From Myxococcales bacterium (GTDB taxonomy: Bacteria > Myxococcota_A > UBA9042 > JABWCM01 > BTVJ01), in contig BTVJ01000010.1 in NCBI GenBank assembly GCA_045863395.1, positions 32,001-96,000 on the forward strand: 64,000 bases of DNA, given 5' to 3'. Shown here piece by piece: positions 19,201 through 34,200 of this stretch (the stretch's first letter is position 1; each line of letters starts with the position of its first letter). The translations under genes were made by a program, and so were the position numbers. Under the pieces are notes generated by a model. The model was given only the letters and a program-made list of their open reading frames with translations, was not told where the DNA came from and made no database searches.

Positions 19201-22200
19201 GGCCTGACCTCTCGGACCTGCGCCTCCTTGGCTCCGAGGAGCTCCCGCGGCTCCGCCACAGGGACGGGACCCTTCGCTTCCGCCTGCCTCGCCCCATCCC
19301 GCCCGGCGGCACCGACACCTTCACGCTGGTCATGGGCGGAGACCCGAGCGGCCCGGCGCCGGACAGCCCCGGCTCCGTCGCGCTGTTCCACGACGACTTC
19401 GAGGGCGGCGACGCCCGGTGGACCAACCTGCAGGGCCCCTGGGCCGTCGCCGAGGTCGGCGGACGCACGGCCATGCAGCGAGCAGTGACCTCCGAGACCC
19501 TCGGGGGAGGCGTTCGGGCGTGGCTCACGCAGGCAGAGCCAGGCCCCCTTCCCCAGAGCTTCGACCTGGAGGCGCTGGTCCGCTCCCCGTCCGGGTACAG
19601 CAACGCCTACTGGGGCTTCTTCCTCTATGGGTCCGCCGTCACGGTCAACGACGCGACCTACATCGGGAGCAACCACCTCATCCACCACACCTGGACCACG
19701 AACGGCGGCTACACGGAGATCCAGTCGGTGAGCGACTTCGTGCGCCTGGACCATTGGCACCGCCTGAGCGCTCACGTGCGGGGCGTCACCTTCGACACGC
19801 GCCTGGACGGCACTCTCACGGTGTTCGGGCGCCCCGGCCACGGGCCCGCGGGCACCGTCGGACTCTGGAGCGAGGCGACCTACGGCGCGGGGACGGCGCC
19901 CGCCTGGTACGACGACCTGACGATCTGGGACCGCGGCGTCCTGCCCCCGCGCGTCGTGCTCGGCCCGGAGACCCCGGCCCCCACGACGCCCTCCACATGG
20001 ACATGGGCCTGGGACACCACCTCACTTGCGCCCGGGACGCACACCATCGAGGCGCGGGCCGTCGACGCGTTTGGGAGCGCGTCTGCGACAGCCGTGGTCA
20101 CAGTGGAGGCCCCGGTCGTGAGCACACCCACGCTGACCGCTCCGGCGGACGGAGCCCTGGTCGAGGGGACGACCGTCCACGTCACCGGGACGGCCCCCGC
20201 CGGCTCCGTCGTGACGGTCACCGTGGACGGCGAGCCCGCCGCCACCACCACCGCGGCTGGTGGCACGCCGTGGGTGGTGGAGGCGGAGGCCCCGTCCAAC
20301 ACGGTGACCGGGGGCATGATCGTGGGCGGCGCCATCCACGTGGGGTCCTGGCCAGGGCCATCGACGACCAACGTTGCGCTCGGCCGGAAGGCGACGGCCA
20401 ACAAGACCTACAGCGGCAGCTACCCGGCCTCCCAGGCGGTGGACGGCCGCCCCGAGTCCGGCGCGGGCACCTACTGGCTGGCGCCCAATGGCGCCAAGGA
20501 CGCCCATGTCACGGTCGATCTGGGCGCGCCCCACGTGGTCGACCGGATCCGCGTGATCAACACGCGCAACGGCTCTTTCAACGACCGCTCCACCAAGGAC
20601 TACCGCCTGGGGATCTCGATGGACGGGGTGACGTTCACGGTGGTCGCCTCGGGCACCCTCGCCGACGACGACTGGACCACGTGGGTGACCTCGACGCTGG
20701 CACCGCCGCTGGTCGCGCGCCACGTGCGCTTCTACGCCGACACCTACTTCGGGTCCGGCGCCGGGCTGGGCGAGCTGGAGGTCTACGGGACGGAGCAGGG
20801 GGCGTGGGCGCGCGTCGAGACTCCGTGGCACGCCCTGCCCGGGACGCTCGTCTCGTTCACCGCAGACGCCAGCGGAGCCGCCCACGAGGTCTCCGTGGAG
20901 GGGGAGACGTGGCTGCCCATCTCCGCCCTGCCGGGCCTCTCGCTGCCCGCGGGTCAAGCGCGCCTGAGGACGACGCTGGTCCGCTCGAGTCTCACCAGCG
21001 ACCCCTGGGTGGACCGGCTCCAGGTCGTGGCCTCGGGAGCCGGGGGCGGGCCCGGCGCGTTCGCCACCGACGTGCCCGTGATCGGCGGGATCCACCAGAT
21101 CGCTGCCAGCGCGACGCTGGGCGCGGTGACCTCGTCGCCCTCGGCGACGGTGACCATCGACGTGGATCCGGCTCCCCCAGGCGCCGTGAACGACCTGCTG
21201 GCGACGCCGGGGGCCGCGCAGGGCTCCGTCGTGCTCACCTGGACCGCGCCAGGAGACGACGGGGCCGCCGGGACCGCGGCGGCCTACCAGATCTGGCGGC
21301 ACTCTGCGCCCCTCTCCGCAAACCTGCTCCAGGTCGCGACGGTCGTCCCCGCCCCCGCGCCGGCCGCCGGGGGCACTCCCGAGTCCCTCACGGTCACGGG
21401 GCTCGCCACGGGGACCACCTACCACTGGATCCTCCGGGCCGTGGACGACCGGGGACAGGAGGCGCCCCTGTCCAATGGGTCATCCACCATCCCGGGCGAC
21501 ACCACCGCGCCGTCACTGACCATCACGGCCCCGGTGGGTGGGGCCCACCTGCGCTCCTCTCAGACGCTCACTGCGACCGCCACGGACCCGTCCGGCGTGG
21601 CCACCGTCACCTGGAAGGTGGACGGCACGACGGTGGCGGTGGCGACGACCCCCTTCTCGGCGACCATCGACACGGCTGGCTGGGCCGACGGGCAGCACAC
21701 CATCGTCGGCGAGGCCCGGGACACCTTCGGCAACCTCACCACCAAGCAGGTCACCGTCACCTTCGACAACACCGCCCCCTCCCTGGCGCTGGACCCGGTG
21801 GCATCGCCGCGGGCGACGGCCGTGACCGTGACGTACACCACGTCCGACGCCCTGACGCCCGCCGGGCAGCTCGTGGTGCGGGACCAGGACGGGCGCGCGC
21901 CCCCGCTGGTGTACGGCGACGAGGGACCGCGCACCGTGACCGTCACCTCGACGGACCTGGCCGGAAACGTGGCCTCGGCGCTGGTGGCCTTCCTCATCGA
22001 TCAGACCGGGCCCGCGCCCATCGTGGACCTGGAGGCGACCCCCGGGGGCGGCGGAGTGGAGCTGGCGTGGACGGCGCCGTCGGACGCGCTGACGAGCGTG
22101 GCGTCCTACGAGGTGCGCGTGGCCGCGGCCGGGGGCACGGCGTTCGGGACGGGTGCCGACGGCCCCCTCTCGGTGACGGGCACGGTCACCGTGGACTCGG

Positions 22201-25200
22201 TGCGCACGCCCGTGGTGGGGGACGTCCCTGCCGGCTCGACCACGGTCCCCGTCGTGAACGCCGCGGGCTTCCAGGCAGGCGACGAGGTGATCCTCTGGGA
22301 CGCCCAGGGTCCCCTCTCGCCCGGGCGGTGGACCTCCCGGCGCCTCTCCGGGGTCGCGGGAGGCGCCTTGCTCCTGGACGCGCCGCTCGCCGACGCCCTG
22401 CCGGGAGCGACGGACCAGGTGGTGGCCCAGCGGGTCCCCCAGTACACGAACGTCACGGTCAATGCAGGAGGGATCCTGACGGCGAGCCCCTGGGACGGTC
22501 AGACCGGGGGGCTCGTGGCCTTCCGCGCGACCGGCACGGTCACCATCCTCGCGGGCGGGAAGATCGACGCCAGCGGCCTCGGGTTCCGGGGCTCCCCGGC
22601 TTCCGGTACGTGGCAGTGCCGCCGGAACCAGTCGGGCGGGGGTGGCGAGGGCCTGCTCGGGCACCTCGCCGCGGACCAGCCGAACGCCCACGTCAACGGC
22701 GGCGGCGGGGCCCTGCGCGTGACCTGCACCGACGCGGCCGGCGGCGGCGGCGGCGGCAACGCGGCCCCGGGGACACCTGGCGAGGACTGGACCTGCTCCC
22801 TCGGCGGCAAGGGAGGCGCGGCAGTAGACGACCACGGCTTCACGCGGCTGCTCCTTGGGGGCGGGGGCGGCGAGGGCGGCGCGGACAACGACGGCGGCGC
22901 CCCGGGCATTGGTGGCCGCGGCGGAGGCGCCGTGGTGCTGTCCACCGCGAGCATCCTGATCGACGGCGAGCTCACCTCCCGCGGCAAGGCAGGCGGCAAC
23001 GCCTGCCAGAGCTGCGCCGGGTGCAGCGGCAGCGGCTGCGGAATGGGCGGCGGCGGGGGCGGGGCCGGCGGCTCCGTCCTGGTGCGCGCGGGTGCCTTCG
23101 ACCTCAACGTGGGGCTCGTGGACGTGGCGGGCGGCAGCGGCGGGCTCCACGTGGGCTCGTGCGGAGGAAACGGCGGCGCGGGCGGCGCCGGCCGCGTGCG
23201 CATCGAGGCCGATACGGTGGCGGGGCCCGTTCCCGGAGCCGTCACCGGGGCGCTCAGCGCCTTCGACTGGGCCGCGGCGACCCCCGTGGAGGGCGCGCCC
23301 ACCCCAGGCGCACCCGGAGCCGCCGAGTCGATGACCGCCACGGAGCTGCCCGCGGGCTCCCTCCTCTTCGCCGTGCGCTCGCGGGACGCGGTGGGCAACC
23401 TCTCGCCGCTCTCCAACGTGCCAGGAGTGGACTCGGCGCCCCCCACGGTCACCATCGACGACCCTCTGGACGGCGAGACCGTCACGCGCCCCGTGGCAGT
23501 CCAGGTGACCGCCACCGACGACGTCGGGGTCCTGTCGGTGCGCTTCGCGGTAGATGGACAGGAGCTCTCCGTGGACACGGCGCCACCGTGGCGCCATGAC
23601 CTGGACATCCGGGCCCTGGTGCCGGGCCCCCACGAGATCTCCGTGGTGGCGACGGACACCTCCGGCATGGAGGCGCAGGCGGCCGTCACGGTGGTCATCG
23701 CGCCCGCCCCACCGGCGGCGCCGGTGATCCTGGCGCCGGAGGAGGGCGCGCTGGTCAGGACGGCCACCCCAGCCATCGGAGGCTCCGCGGAGGCCTGGAC
23801 CACGGTGCACGTCTACGCCGACGGGGACCTCGTGGCCAGCGTGCCCTCGGCGAAGGCCGCCACCCTCTCCTGGGAGGCGGAGGCCGACGCGGTCGCGCGC
23901 CACGGCCTGACCATCGACGGAGGCCAGGTCGCCATCGCCCCTGCGGGGGGGACCGCCACCAACCTGGCCCTCCTGCCCGGGACGGTGGTGACGGGCGGCA
24001 CGGACACCTCCACCGCGGTCGACGGCAAGACGACGTACTGGTGGGCGAGCTGGCGCACCAGCGCCGCCTGCACCGAGGTGCCGACCCGCCTCGGCCGGGT
24101 GGCGCTGGCCGCCCCGGCGCTCATCGATCACATCCGCCTCGGCCTCTTCGACGACGGGCGCCAGTTCTACGGCTACCGCGTCGAGGTGAGCCAGGACGGC
24201 CACGAGTGGGTCACCTGGGCGGACACCGCCGGCAGCGGCCTGGACTACACCGGGGATCAGGAGCTGAGCGGTCCTCCCCGCATGATCCGCTACGTGGACA
24301 TCTGGGTCACGGGCAGCACGACGGGCTGTGACGCCATCGTGTCCGAGGTGGGCATCTTCGCGGCCACGAGCGGGCTCGGGGGCGTCGCGCTGTTCCCGCT
24401 GGTGGCGGACCCCACCGCCACCCTGGCCACCGGGTTCGAGGCCTCCGAGAGCCCGGCGGACGGCTCCATCACCTGGGAGGTGCTGGCCACGGGGGACCTG
24501 CTGGCCGACACGTTCGAGGGCAACGCGGTGGACCCGGAGCGCTGGGTCCAGGCGGGGACCACCGTCGCCGCCGGGGTCGCGAGCGTCACGGGGACGGGCA
24601 CCTGGGGCCAGCGCTACCTCATCGGGCGCAAGCGCGCCTTCCGCACGGGTGACGTGGTGCTCTCCGCGCGCCTCTTCCCCACCACCGGCAGCCGCAGCAT
24701 GGTGGGCATCAAGGATCAAGACACCACCACCACCTACACGGCCCTGATCTACGGGCTCCACTTCGACGCGGGCACGCTCAACGTCTACGAGGACGGCACG
24801 CTGCGCGGGAGCGTGGGCACCTACACCCAGGCGCAGTGGATCGACGTGCGCATCGAGGTGGGGGACCCGGCGGGCGCCACCACCTGGATCCGCCCGGCGG
24901 GTGGCGACTGGTCCCAGGTCTACGCCAGCGCCTACAGCGCCGAGGCCGATCTGCGCCCGGCCCTCATCGTGCGGACCGGCACCGTGCAGCTCGACGCCAT
25001 GACGCTCCGGGCGCGGGCGTGGTGGCCCATGGAGCGCCTCTCCGACGCCGACCTGGCGGCCTCCCGGCTCCAGGTGCGCGCGCACCTCACGCGCCCCAAC
25101 GTCGAGGCGACGAGCCCCACCGTGGACGTGGCCTCGCTGCTGCTCTCCGACGGCGCGCTCGGAGCAGGGCCCGGCGCCTTCCGCGCCGTGGTCCCCCTGG

Positions 25201-28200
25201 CCGACGGCGCCCACACGGTCACGGCGGTGTGCGAGGATGCGGTCGGATCAGGCCCGCCGTCGCCGCCCGTGACCTTCACGGTGGACTCTGGTCCCCCCGA
25301 CGCCATCACGGACCTGACGGGCGTTGCGCTTCCGGGCGGCGTGGTGCAGCTCGGGTGGACGGCACCTGCGTCGGAGCCCGTGACCTCGTACCTGGTCTAC
25401 CGATCGAGCACACCCATCGAGGACGTCTCCCAGCACCAGCCCATCGCTACCACGGCGGCGACCGGCTTCCTCGACGCCTCCAACCAGAGCGCCACCTTCC
25501 ACTACGTGGTGGTGGCCGTCGACCTGGCAGGCAACCGCAGCGCCCCCTCGAACGCGGTGGTCGTGGTGTCCGACAAGGCGGGCCCCACCGCGACCGTCGC
25601 GACCAACCCACCGTCACCGCTTGGCCTCGGCGACGTGGAGGTGGTGTTCACCCTCAGTGAGCCGGTGCAGGCAGGCGCCGTGTTCCGCTTCGTGCCACCC
25701 GGAGGCGCCCCGGTCACGCTGAGCGCGGTGGCGGACTCCCCCCTGGTCCACCGCGCCACCCTGGCGATCACCGAAGCCATGGCGTCCGGCCAGGCGGAGT
25801 TCACCTGGAGCGGCGTGGACCTGACGGGCAACGCGGGGACAGCGGTGCCCACGGGGCGCTACGTGACCCTGGACACCGTCCGCCCGACGGCCACGATCAG
25901 CCTCACTCCGCCGCCGCCGCTGGGGCCTGGCTCCGTCGCGGTCAAGGTCCTCAGCAGCGAACCTCTGAGCGCGGTCCCGGGGCTGGCATTCGCTCCGGAG
26001 GGGAAGGGCCCGACGCCGATCCCCCTGTCCGGCGCGGGTGGCCTGTACCAGGGCACGCTGACCGTCACGCCCGCCCTGGGCGACGGCGTGGGGGTGTTCT
26101 CCTTCCAAGGGACCGACGCGGTGGGCAACGTGGGCACCACGCTCACCAAGGGCGGGACCGCGATCATCGACACGACTCCCCCGGCCCCCCCCACCGACCT
26201 CGCCGCCGTCAAGACGCCCACCGGCGCCATCAGCCTGACGTGGAGCCAGCCGGGAGATGCCTCCACCTGGCGCGTCTACCGGGACCGCGACCCCCTCACA
26301 TCGACGGCGGGCCTCACGCCCGCGGTGACCGCCACCACCACGTCGGCCCTCGACCTGCCGCCCGAGGACGGCCTCTGGCACTACGCGGTGGTGGCGGTGG
26401 ACGCGGCAGGCAACGCGAGCGGACCGTCGGACGGTGCGAGCGTGGTGGCGTCGCCTCCACCCCCGGAGGACCCCACGGGCCTGACGGTGGTGGCCGCCGG
26501 GCTGACCACCGTCACGGTGGGGTGGATCCCGTCCATCGACTCCCAGGGCACCCTGACCGGCTACCGGGTATACCGGGACGGGGCCCTGGTGCAGACGCTA
26601 TCCCCCTCCGCGACGGCGACCACGCTTGGGGGCCTCTCGCCCGCGTCGGGCGCCGCTGTGCGGGTCACCGCCTTCGACGCGGCCAACCGGGAGAGCCTCG
26701 GCGCCACCGTCCAGGCGTGGACCCTCGTGCCGAATCCAGCGGACCTCGCCGCCGAGGGTCAGGACGGCCGCGTGGAGCTGGAGTGGACACCCTCCCTGGC
26801 GCCCGCCGTGCTGCACCAGGCGATCTACATGGGTGAGGCTCCGTTCGGCACCGTCGCCGGCCTCCTCCCCGTGGCGACGGTGGCGCCAGGAGCGGCCTCG
26901 GCATCCGTCCTTGGGCTGACCAACGGCCAGCCCCTCTGGTTCGCCGTGGTCGCCGTGAACCAGTCGGGTCTCTTCGAGCCGGCGGTGACGCCCGTTGGGG
27001 CCACGCCGGCCGACCACGAGGCGCCGAACCCGCCGACCGCGCTCAAGGTGGTGGAGTCGCTCGCCACGAGCGTGGTCCTGAGCTTTACCCCCAGCACCTC
27101 CGCCGACCTCGCCGGCTACACGCTCAAGCGGAACGGCACACAGGTCGCGACCCTCCCCGCGGGGGCCTCGGGGTACACGCTCGGCGGCCTCCCCACGGCC
27201 TCCTCCAACGCCCTCGCCCTGGCGGCCTACGACGGATCCGGCAACCAGAGCGCCGCGGCGACGGTGACGGCGGTCACCCTGCTGCCGAACCCGAGCGGGG
27301 TCACCGTCACCCCCCACGACCAGTCCCTGACGGTGACCTGGGCCCACGCCCAGCCCGTGCTGCTGGTCAAGACCTACAGGGTCTACGCGGAGCCCGCTCC
27401 CTTCACCAGCGTGACGGGCCTCACGCCGCGGGTCACGAAGTGGGGGACGAGCGCCACGATCACCGGCCTCTTCAATGGCCAGCCCACCTGGGTCGCCGTC
27501 ACCACCGTCAACGACAGCGACGGCGAGACCCAGGCCGTGACTCCGGTGAGCGCCATCCCCCAGGACGACGCCCCGCCGGCCAACCCTGGCTCGGTGACGG
27601 TGACCGCCAGCGACGGCACCTCCGTGACCCTCGCCTGGACTGCCCCCCCCAACCCGACCGGCGACCTGGCGGGCACCCGCCTCTACCTGGACGGCGCCCT
27701 CGTGGCGACCGTCGGCCCGACCCTCACCACCCACACGCTGACGGGCCTCGCCCCGGGCTCGAGCTACGCGGTGCGCCTGACCAGCTTCGACGCAGCAGGC
27801 AACGAGAGCGCCGGCGCCACCCTCACCGTCTACACGACGCTGCCGAACCCGCCGGTCACCGGCGTGACGCCCGGCCACGGCTCTCTCACCCTGGCGTGGA
27901 CCCCGGCGACACCCGCATCCAACGTGGGCGGCCAGGCCCTCTACGTGGGGACGGCCCCCTTCGTGACCGTCGCGGGGAAGGCGCCTGCCCTGGTGGTCGG
28001 CCCCACGGCGACCTCGGGGAAGGTGGTGGGGCTGACCAACGGACAGGTCGCGCACGTGGCGGTGGTGACCGTCTCCAAGTCGGGGGGCTTCGATCCCGCG
28101 GTGGTGTCCGTCCCCGGGACCCCAGCCAAGGACACGGTGGGCCCCTCTCTCGCAAGTGTGACCTTCGCCGGCGCGCCTCTCGCAGACCCGGTCACGGGCG

Positions 28201-31200
28201 ACGGTGCCTTCGCCGTGGACGCGACGGACGCGGAGGGCGTCGCGTGGGTCCGCTTCCTCGTGGATGGCGAGAGCATCGGACAGGATCCCTCGTCGAGCGG
28301 GGGGTGGAGCGTCGCGTGGAGCCCGGACGCCGCCGGCAACGGGCCCCACGCGCTCCGCGTCGAGGCGCAGGACGTCCACGGCAACGGCTCCAGCCTGGAC
28401 GCGCCCTTCGTGGTGACCCTGGGCCCGCCCCCACCGCCGACGCTGACGTCCCCCGCCGACGGGGCCGTCGTCGGCACCTCGACCCTGCTGGTGAGCGGCA
28501 CGGCCAAAGCGGGCTCGCTGGTCGCGGTGCGCGCGGGAGAGGCGGCCGCCACGATCTCCGCCAACCCGTCGGGCAGCTTCACGACGGCCATCACGCTCGC
28601 GCCCGGCCCCAACGTCCTCACGGCGACCGCGACCGGTGTGGGAGGCGAGAGCGCCCCGTCCGCGCCCATCGGCGTCACGCTGGACACGGTCACCCCGCTG
28701 GCTCCCAAGGCCCTGTCGGCGGTGGGGGGGGAGGCCGGCGCCATCACCCTGTCCTGGGCCGACGCGGGCGACTCCTCGCCGAGCGGCACCCAGGGCTACC
28801 GCGTCTGGCGCGCGGCGGCCCCGTTCACGGCGGTGGGGCAGGCCACGCTCGTCACGGCGACGCCCGTGACCGCCCTCAAGGTGACCGATCTGCCCCCGGC
28901 GGACGGCGCCTGGTGGTACGGCGTCACCAAGCTGAGCAAGGCCGGCCTGGAGAGCGGCCTGTCCAGCCTCGCGACGGCCACGTCCGACTCCACGCCCCCC
29001 ACCGTTCAGCTCGTGTGGACTCCGCAGGGAGCCTCCGGCGGCGGCAAGGTGGGCGTCGGCCCCCTCGCGCTGACCGCCACCTTCAGCGAGCCCCTGCTTG
29101 CCACGCCCTTCCTCGCGCTGACGCCCGCCGGCGGCACCCCGATGACCATCCAGCTCGCCAAGGCCGGAGACACCTTCACGGGAACTGCCCAGGTCACGGA
29201 GTCCACCCCGAGCGGCACCGCGTGGGCCGTGGTGTCCGCCCGCGACCTGGTGGGCAACCGGGGGACCCAGATCACCGGGGGGGGCACCGTCACCCTGGAC
29301 ACACGGGCGCCGGAGGTCGCGTCTCTCGTCACGGACCCGCCCGCCCCCATCGCCAACGACCCGGACGCGCCGGTGACCGTCTCCGTCACCGTGACGTTGG
29401 ACGAGGCGATGCCGGCTGGTGTGGCCCCCTCCCTGACGTGGCGCCTGCTGGCCACCCACCCGGAGCCCTCGACAGTCCCACTCGCGTCACTGGACCCGCT
29501 GACCTGGGTGGGGGGCCTGACGCTCCCGACGACCGCGGGCGCTCCCCCCGAGGCCCTCGCCTTCGCGTGGCTCGCCGTGGACGAGCTCGGCAACGAGGGC
29601 ACGACGATCCATGGGCCCGCGGAGATCGAGGTCTACCAGGGCGCCCTCCCCCCACTGGCCGCGCCGTTGGGCTTGAAGGCGGAGCCGCAGCCGGGCGGGC
29701 ACATCGCCCTGAGCTGGATCCCGGTCGCAGGGGCGTCCGCCACCCGCGTCTACCGCCGGCCGCCGGGTGGTGCCCACACGCTGATCGCCGAGGTGCTCGA
29801 CCCGTCCCACACGGACCTCCCGGACGCAGACGGGCCGTGGGTCTACGCCGTCGCCTCAGTGCGCACGGTAGGCAGCGCGGTGGCGGAGAGCCCGAAGAGC
29901 CCGGAGGCGACGGCGACCTCCGACAGGGTGCCCCCGGGCGCCCCGCTGGCTCTGGCGCTGTCCCTGACGGGGCAGGGGGTGGTGGCCCAGTGGTCGCCGC
30001 CGCCCTACACGGAGCCTGTCACCTACCGCCTGCTCCGCTCAGCGGACCCGATCACCACCGCAGAGGGAGCCACGGTGGTGGGCTCAGGCATCCCGGGTAC
30101 GAGCGCCGCGGACCCCGCCCCCACCACCGCGGAGCGCACCTACGCGGTGGTGGCGGCAGACGCGGTGGGCAACCTCTCCGCCCCGAGCGCCAACCAGATG
30201 ATCAACGCAGCGCTCCTGCCCGTGGCCGCCCTGACCGCCGTCCGGGGAGCAGGGGCGCCCGTGCTGACCTGGACGCATGGCGCCTCGGACCTTGCCGGCT
30301 TCCGGGTCACCGTGGACGGCGCCACCGAGCCCGGCCTGCTCGCAGCGCCGCCATTTACGGACGCCGCCTGGGAGGGAGGCTCTCGGACCTACGGCGTCTC
30401 CGCCGTCGACGACCTGGGGGACGCGAGCCCCGAGCACCTGCTGACCCTGCCGGATCTCACCGCCACCCTGGCCAGCGGGAGCGTCAGGCGCAACGTGATC
30501 TCGCGGTTGACCTGGTCCCTGACGTCCCCCACGACGGTAGCCGGCGTGACGCTCGCGTTGGACCTGGGGGCCTCGGCGGCTGCCGCGCCGCCGGTCACGG
30601 TGGGGCCGGCACCGACGCTTGTGGACCTGGTGGTGGCGGGTGCCCCCTCCCTGCCAGACGCGGTGGACGCCACACTGGGCATGTCCGTGACGCCTGCCCC
30701 CGGCGATGGCGTGCTCATCGAGAGCGCCGCCCCCTTGACGGTCACGAACGACGGCTACCTGCTGCAGGTCCAGTCCCAGGCCCTGGTCCGGGGCGCGCCT
30801 ACCCAGGTGCGCCTCGTGCTCCAGAACACGAGCGACGTCACGGCGGAGGTGGTGACCGCGACGGGGGCCGGCTCCAAGCCCTCGGACCAGGTACGCTTCC
30901 GCCTGGAGGACCCGGACGGCAACCTGCTTGCCACGGCGGCACTCCACCAGGGCCTCGGGGAGGGTGTGGTGCAGGTGCCGAACGGCCAGACGGTAGGGCG
31001 CGCGCAGCCCGGGCAGGCGTTCACCTCGGCCTGGACCACGCTCGCCGTCCCCGAGGCCGCGCCGGACACCGTGGTCCTGCGCGCGGTGGTGGACGCGGTC
31101 CACTACGACCTGGGCAAGGCAGGCCACGTCCAGGTGCCGGGCCCGTCGTCCTCCCAGACCCTCACGCTCGTGCCGCCGCCCTACGACGCCGCCGTGACGA

Positions 31201-34200
31201 GCGCGACGCCCTCCGTTTCGCAAGGAGAGGCGCCCATCCTCATCGCCGGCAACGCCTGGCAGCCCTCCGGCGCCCCGGCCGGGAAGGTCACGGTGCGCAT
31301 CACCCTCACGCTGGCGGGCTTCGTGCGGACCTTCGACGTCCAGACCGCCGCGGACGGGACCTTCACCCTGCCCTTCTTGCCGCCGGCCGCCGAGGGCGGC
31401 GTCTATGAGGTGCGCGCCGGCTACCCGGGGCTCGGCGACACGGCGCCCGAGGCGACCTTCACGGTCAACAAGGTGGTGGTGACCCCCAAGGCACCAACGC
31501 TGACCCTCGCGACGGGCTACCCCACCACCCTCGCGCTCACGGCAGCCGCCACCCCTGGCCTGGCGCTGACGGCGCTCCGCGTGGAGGTGGTCCAGGCGCC
31601 GGCCGGCATCACGCTCGAGCTGCCTCCGCCCCAGGACGCTACGGGGACCGTCTCACTGCCGATCATGGTCACCGGCGGGGCGCCAGCCCCCACCTCGTCG
31701 TACTTCTTGCTGCGAGTCCTGAGCGACGAGGGCACCTGGGGGGAGCTGAAGGTCACCTACACCCTGACGCCAGCGGGGCCGGCCCTGACCTGGTCCCCCG
31801 CGTTCGTGCAGACCGGGGTGGCTCGGGGGGACGTGGTCAGCGAGACCGTCACAATCGCCAACGAGGGGACCCTCGTCGCCGCTGGCGTGTCGGTGTCGCT
31901 CCTGTCCTCCACCAAGACCACCGCCCCCACCTGGGCCTTCGTCCAGTCGGGAAAGCAGCTCGGCGACCTCGCCGTCGGCGCCAAGGTGCCCGTCACGCTG
32001 ACCTTCGCACCCCAGCCGTCCACCCCTCTCTCGGTGGGTGGCCCCACGCAGCTCTGGCTGCGCGTCACGGCGCTGGGTCAGCTCCCGAAGGACGTCCCCG
32101 TCTACGTGACCGTGGACGACAGCGGCGTGGGCACCGCCCTGTTCAAGGTCTCCGACATCTACACGGCGACCCTGGGCCCCGACGGGCAGCTCATCGAGGG
32201 CCTCGCGGGCGCCACAGTCAAGCTGGACAAGGTGAGCGGCACCCTCCAGACCGTGAAGGCGACCACCGACGCCACGGGAGAGGCGAGCTTCCCCAACCTG
32301 CCCGCGGGCACCTGGTCCTGGCGCGTGAGCGCCCCCGGCCACGACGCGGTGACGGGCACCCTGAGCGTGAAGTCCGGCTTGACCCTCCCGGTCGCGGTCT
32401 TCCTGCCCAAGCCCCTGGTCACGGTGGAGTGGTCGGTGGAGGAGACCACCATCGAGGACAGCTACACCATCGTGCTCTCCGCCACCTTCGAGACCGACGT
32501 CCCTGCCCCGGTGGTGGTGGCGGAGCCGGCGTCCATCACGCTGCCGCCCATGGAGCAGGGGGACGTCCTCTATGGGGAGTACACGCTGACGAACTACGGG
32601 CTCATCCGCGCGGAGGCGATCACCACCAAGCTCCCGTCGGCCAAGGACTACAAGTTCGAGCTGCTCGCGTACCCGCCGCCGGACATCGAGGCCAAGCAGT
32701 CAGTCTCGGTCGCCTACCGCGTGACGCGCCTGAGCCCCAAGGACCCAGGGGGCGACTCCTCGGGCGGCGCGAGCGGCTGCGGCCTCTACAGCTACCCCCT
32801 CGGGCACTGCTACACGTTCTCGTGCGCCAACGGCTTCCAATCGGGCGGCTGCGCGAGCGTCACCTGGGTCACGGGCGGCTCCCCCGGCAACGGATCGGGC
32901 TGCGGTGGCGGGTGGTGGTGGGTCGGAGGCCCCGGTGGGCCCGGCGGACCGATCTCGGTGGTGGGTGGCGCCAAGAAGTGCGACCCCTGCGAGGACCCGG
33001 GCATGGACGCCATCGAGCGCAAGTGCTGCAAGGAGCGCAAGAAGCAGGCGACGGGCAGCTCCGTGGACCTGGTGACCGGCGCCTACGAGGACGAGGTGGT
33101 CGACCTGTCCGTCGAGACCCTGGGGCACACGGTGACGGCGTCCCGCTTCTGGTACGGCAACGCCTGGCACTTCGGGGTCTTCGACGGCGACCTGGACCTG
33201 TCACTGGCCAAGTGCCCGGTCGTCCCCGAGGGCGCTGGCACGAGCAAGGCCGCGAAGGCCGCCATCACGCTCCTGGGCATCGTGTACGAGTCCCCCTGCG
33301 TGGGGGGCGCCTCCACCGTCTTCACGTCCGGGAGCGCCACCATCTCGCCGTCCGAGGACGGGTGGCGGTGGCAGGACGCGAGCGGCCAGTGGCGCGCGTT
33401 CACGATGGCGGGCAAGCTCCTGTCCTGGGGTGACCGGGCGGGGCGCGCCGTGTCCGTGGACCGGGACGGCAGCGGCCGCGTCATCGCGTACCGCGACCAC
33501 TTCGGCGCGCTGGCGCTCACGTGGGCGTGGGGCGCCGATGGGAAGGTGGCGGCCGCCGAGACGGCAGACGGGCGCCGCGTCGAGTACACCTGGGAGGCCG
33601 GGCGGCTGACGCGGGTCAAGGACCCGGTGGGCCGAGAGACCCTCTACACCTACGACACCAAGGGCCGGCTGACGGTGAAGCAGCACCCGAGCGGCCTCGT
33701 GCTCGCCATCACCTACGATGGCGGCGGCAACGTGGCGTCGGTGCTCGACCAGGACGGCGCGGGCTGGTTCTTCCAGTACGGCCACGACGCGGGCTCCGAG
33801 CAGGACTACGCTGCCGTGCTTGGAACGGATGGCCACGTGGACGAGCGGTGGTGGAGCAAGACCGGCGCCTTGGTCAAGCGCACCATCGACGGGGAGCCCG
33901 TACCCGAGCTGGATCCGGCGAGCGTCGTGGATCTGGGCCCCTCGGGGAACATCGAGGCGACCTGGACACTGGACGGGCAGAAGAGGGACACATGGGAGTA
34001 TGGCCCGTGGGGCCTCCCAGCGACGCGCGAGGACGCCCGCGGCACCGTGACCGCCTGGACGTGGGACGTCAACGGGGACCTGACGCGCCTGGTCAAGGCC
34101 GCCGGCACCTCCGCCAAGGACATCGTGGACCACGTGCGCGACGGCGTGGGGCGCCTCACCCAGATGGTGGCCCGAGGCGACGGCGCGGTGACGCCGCGGA

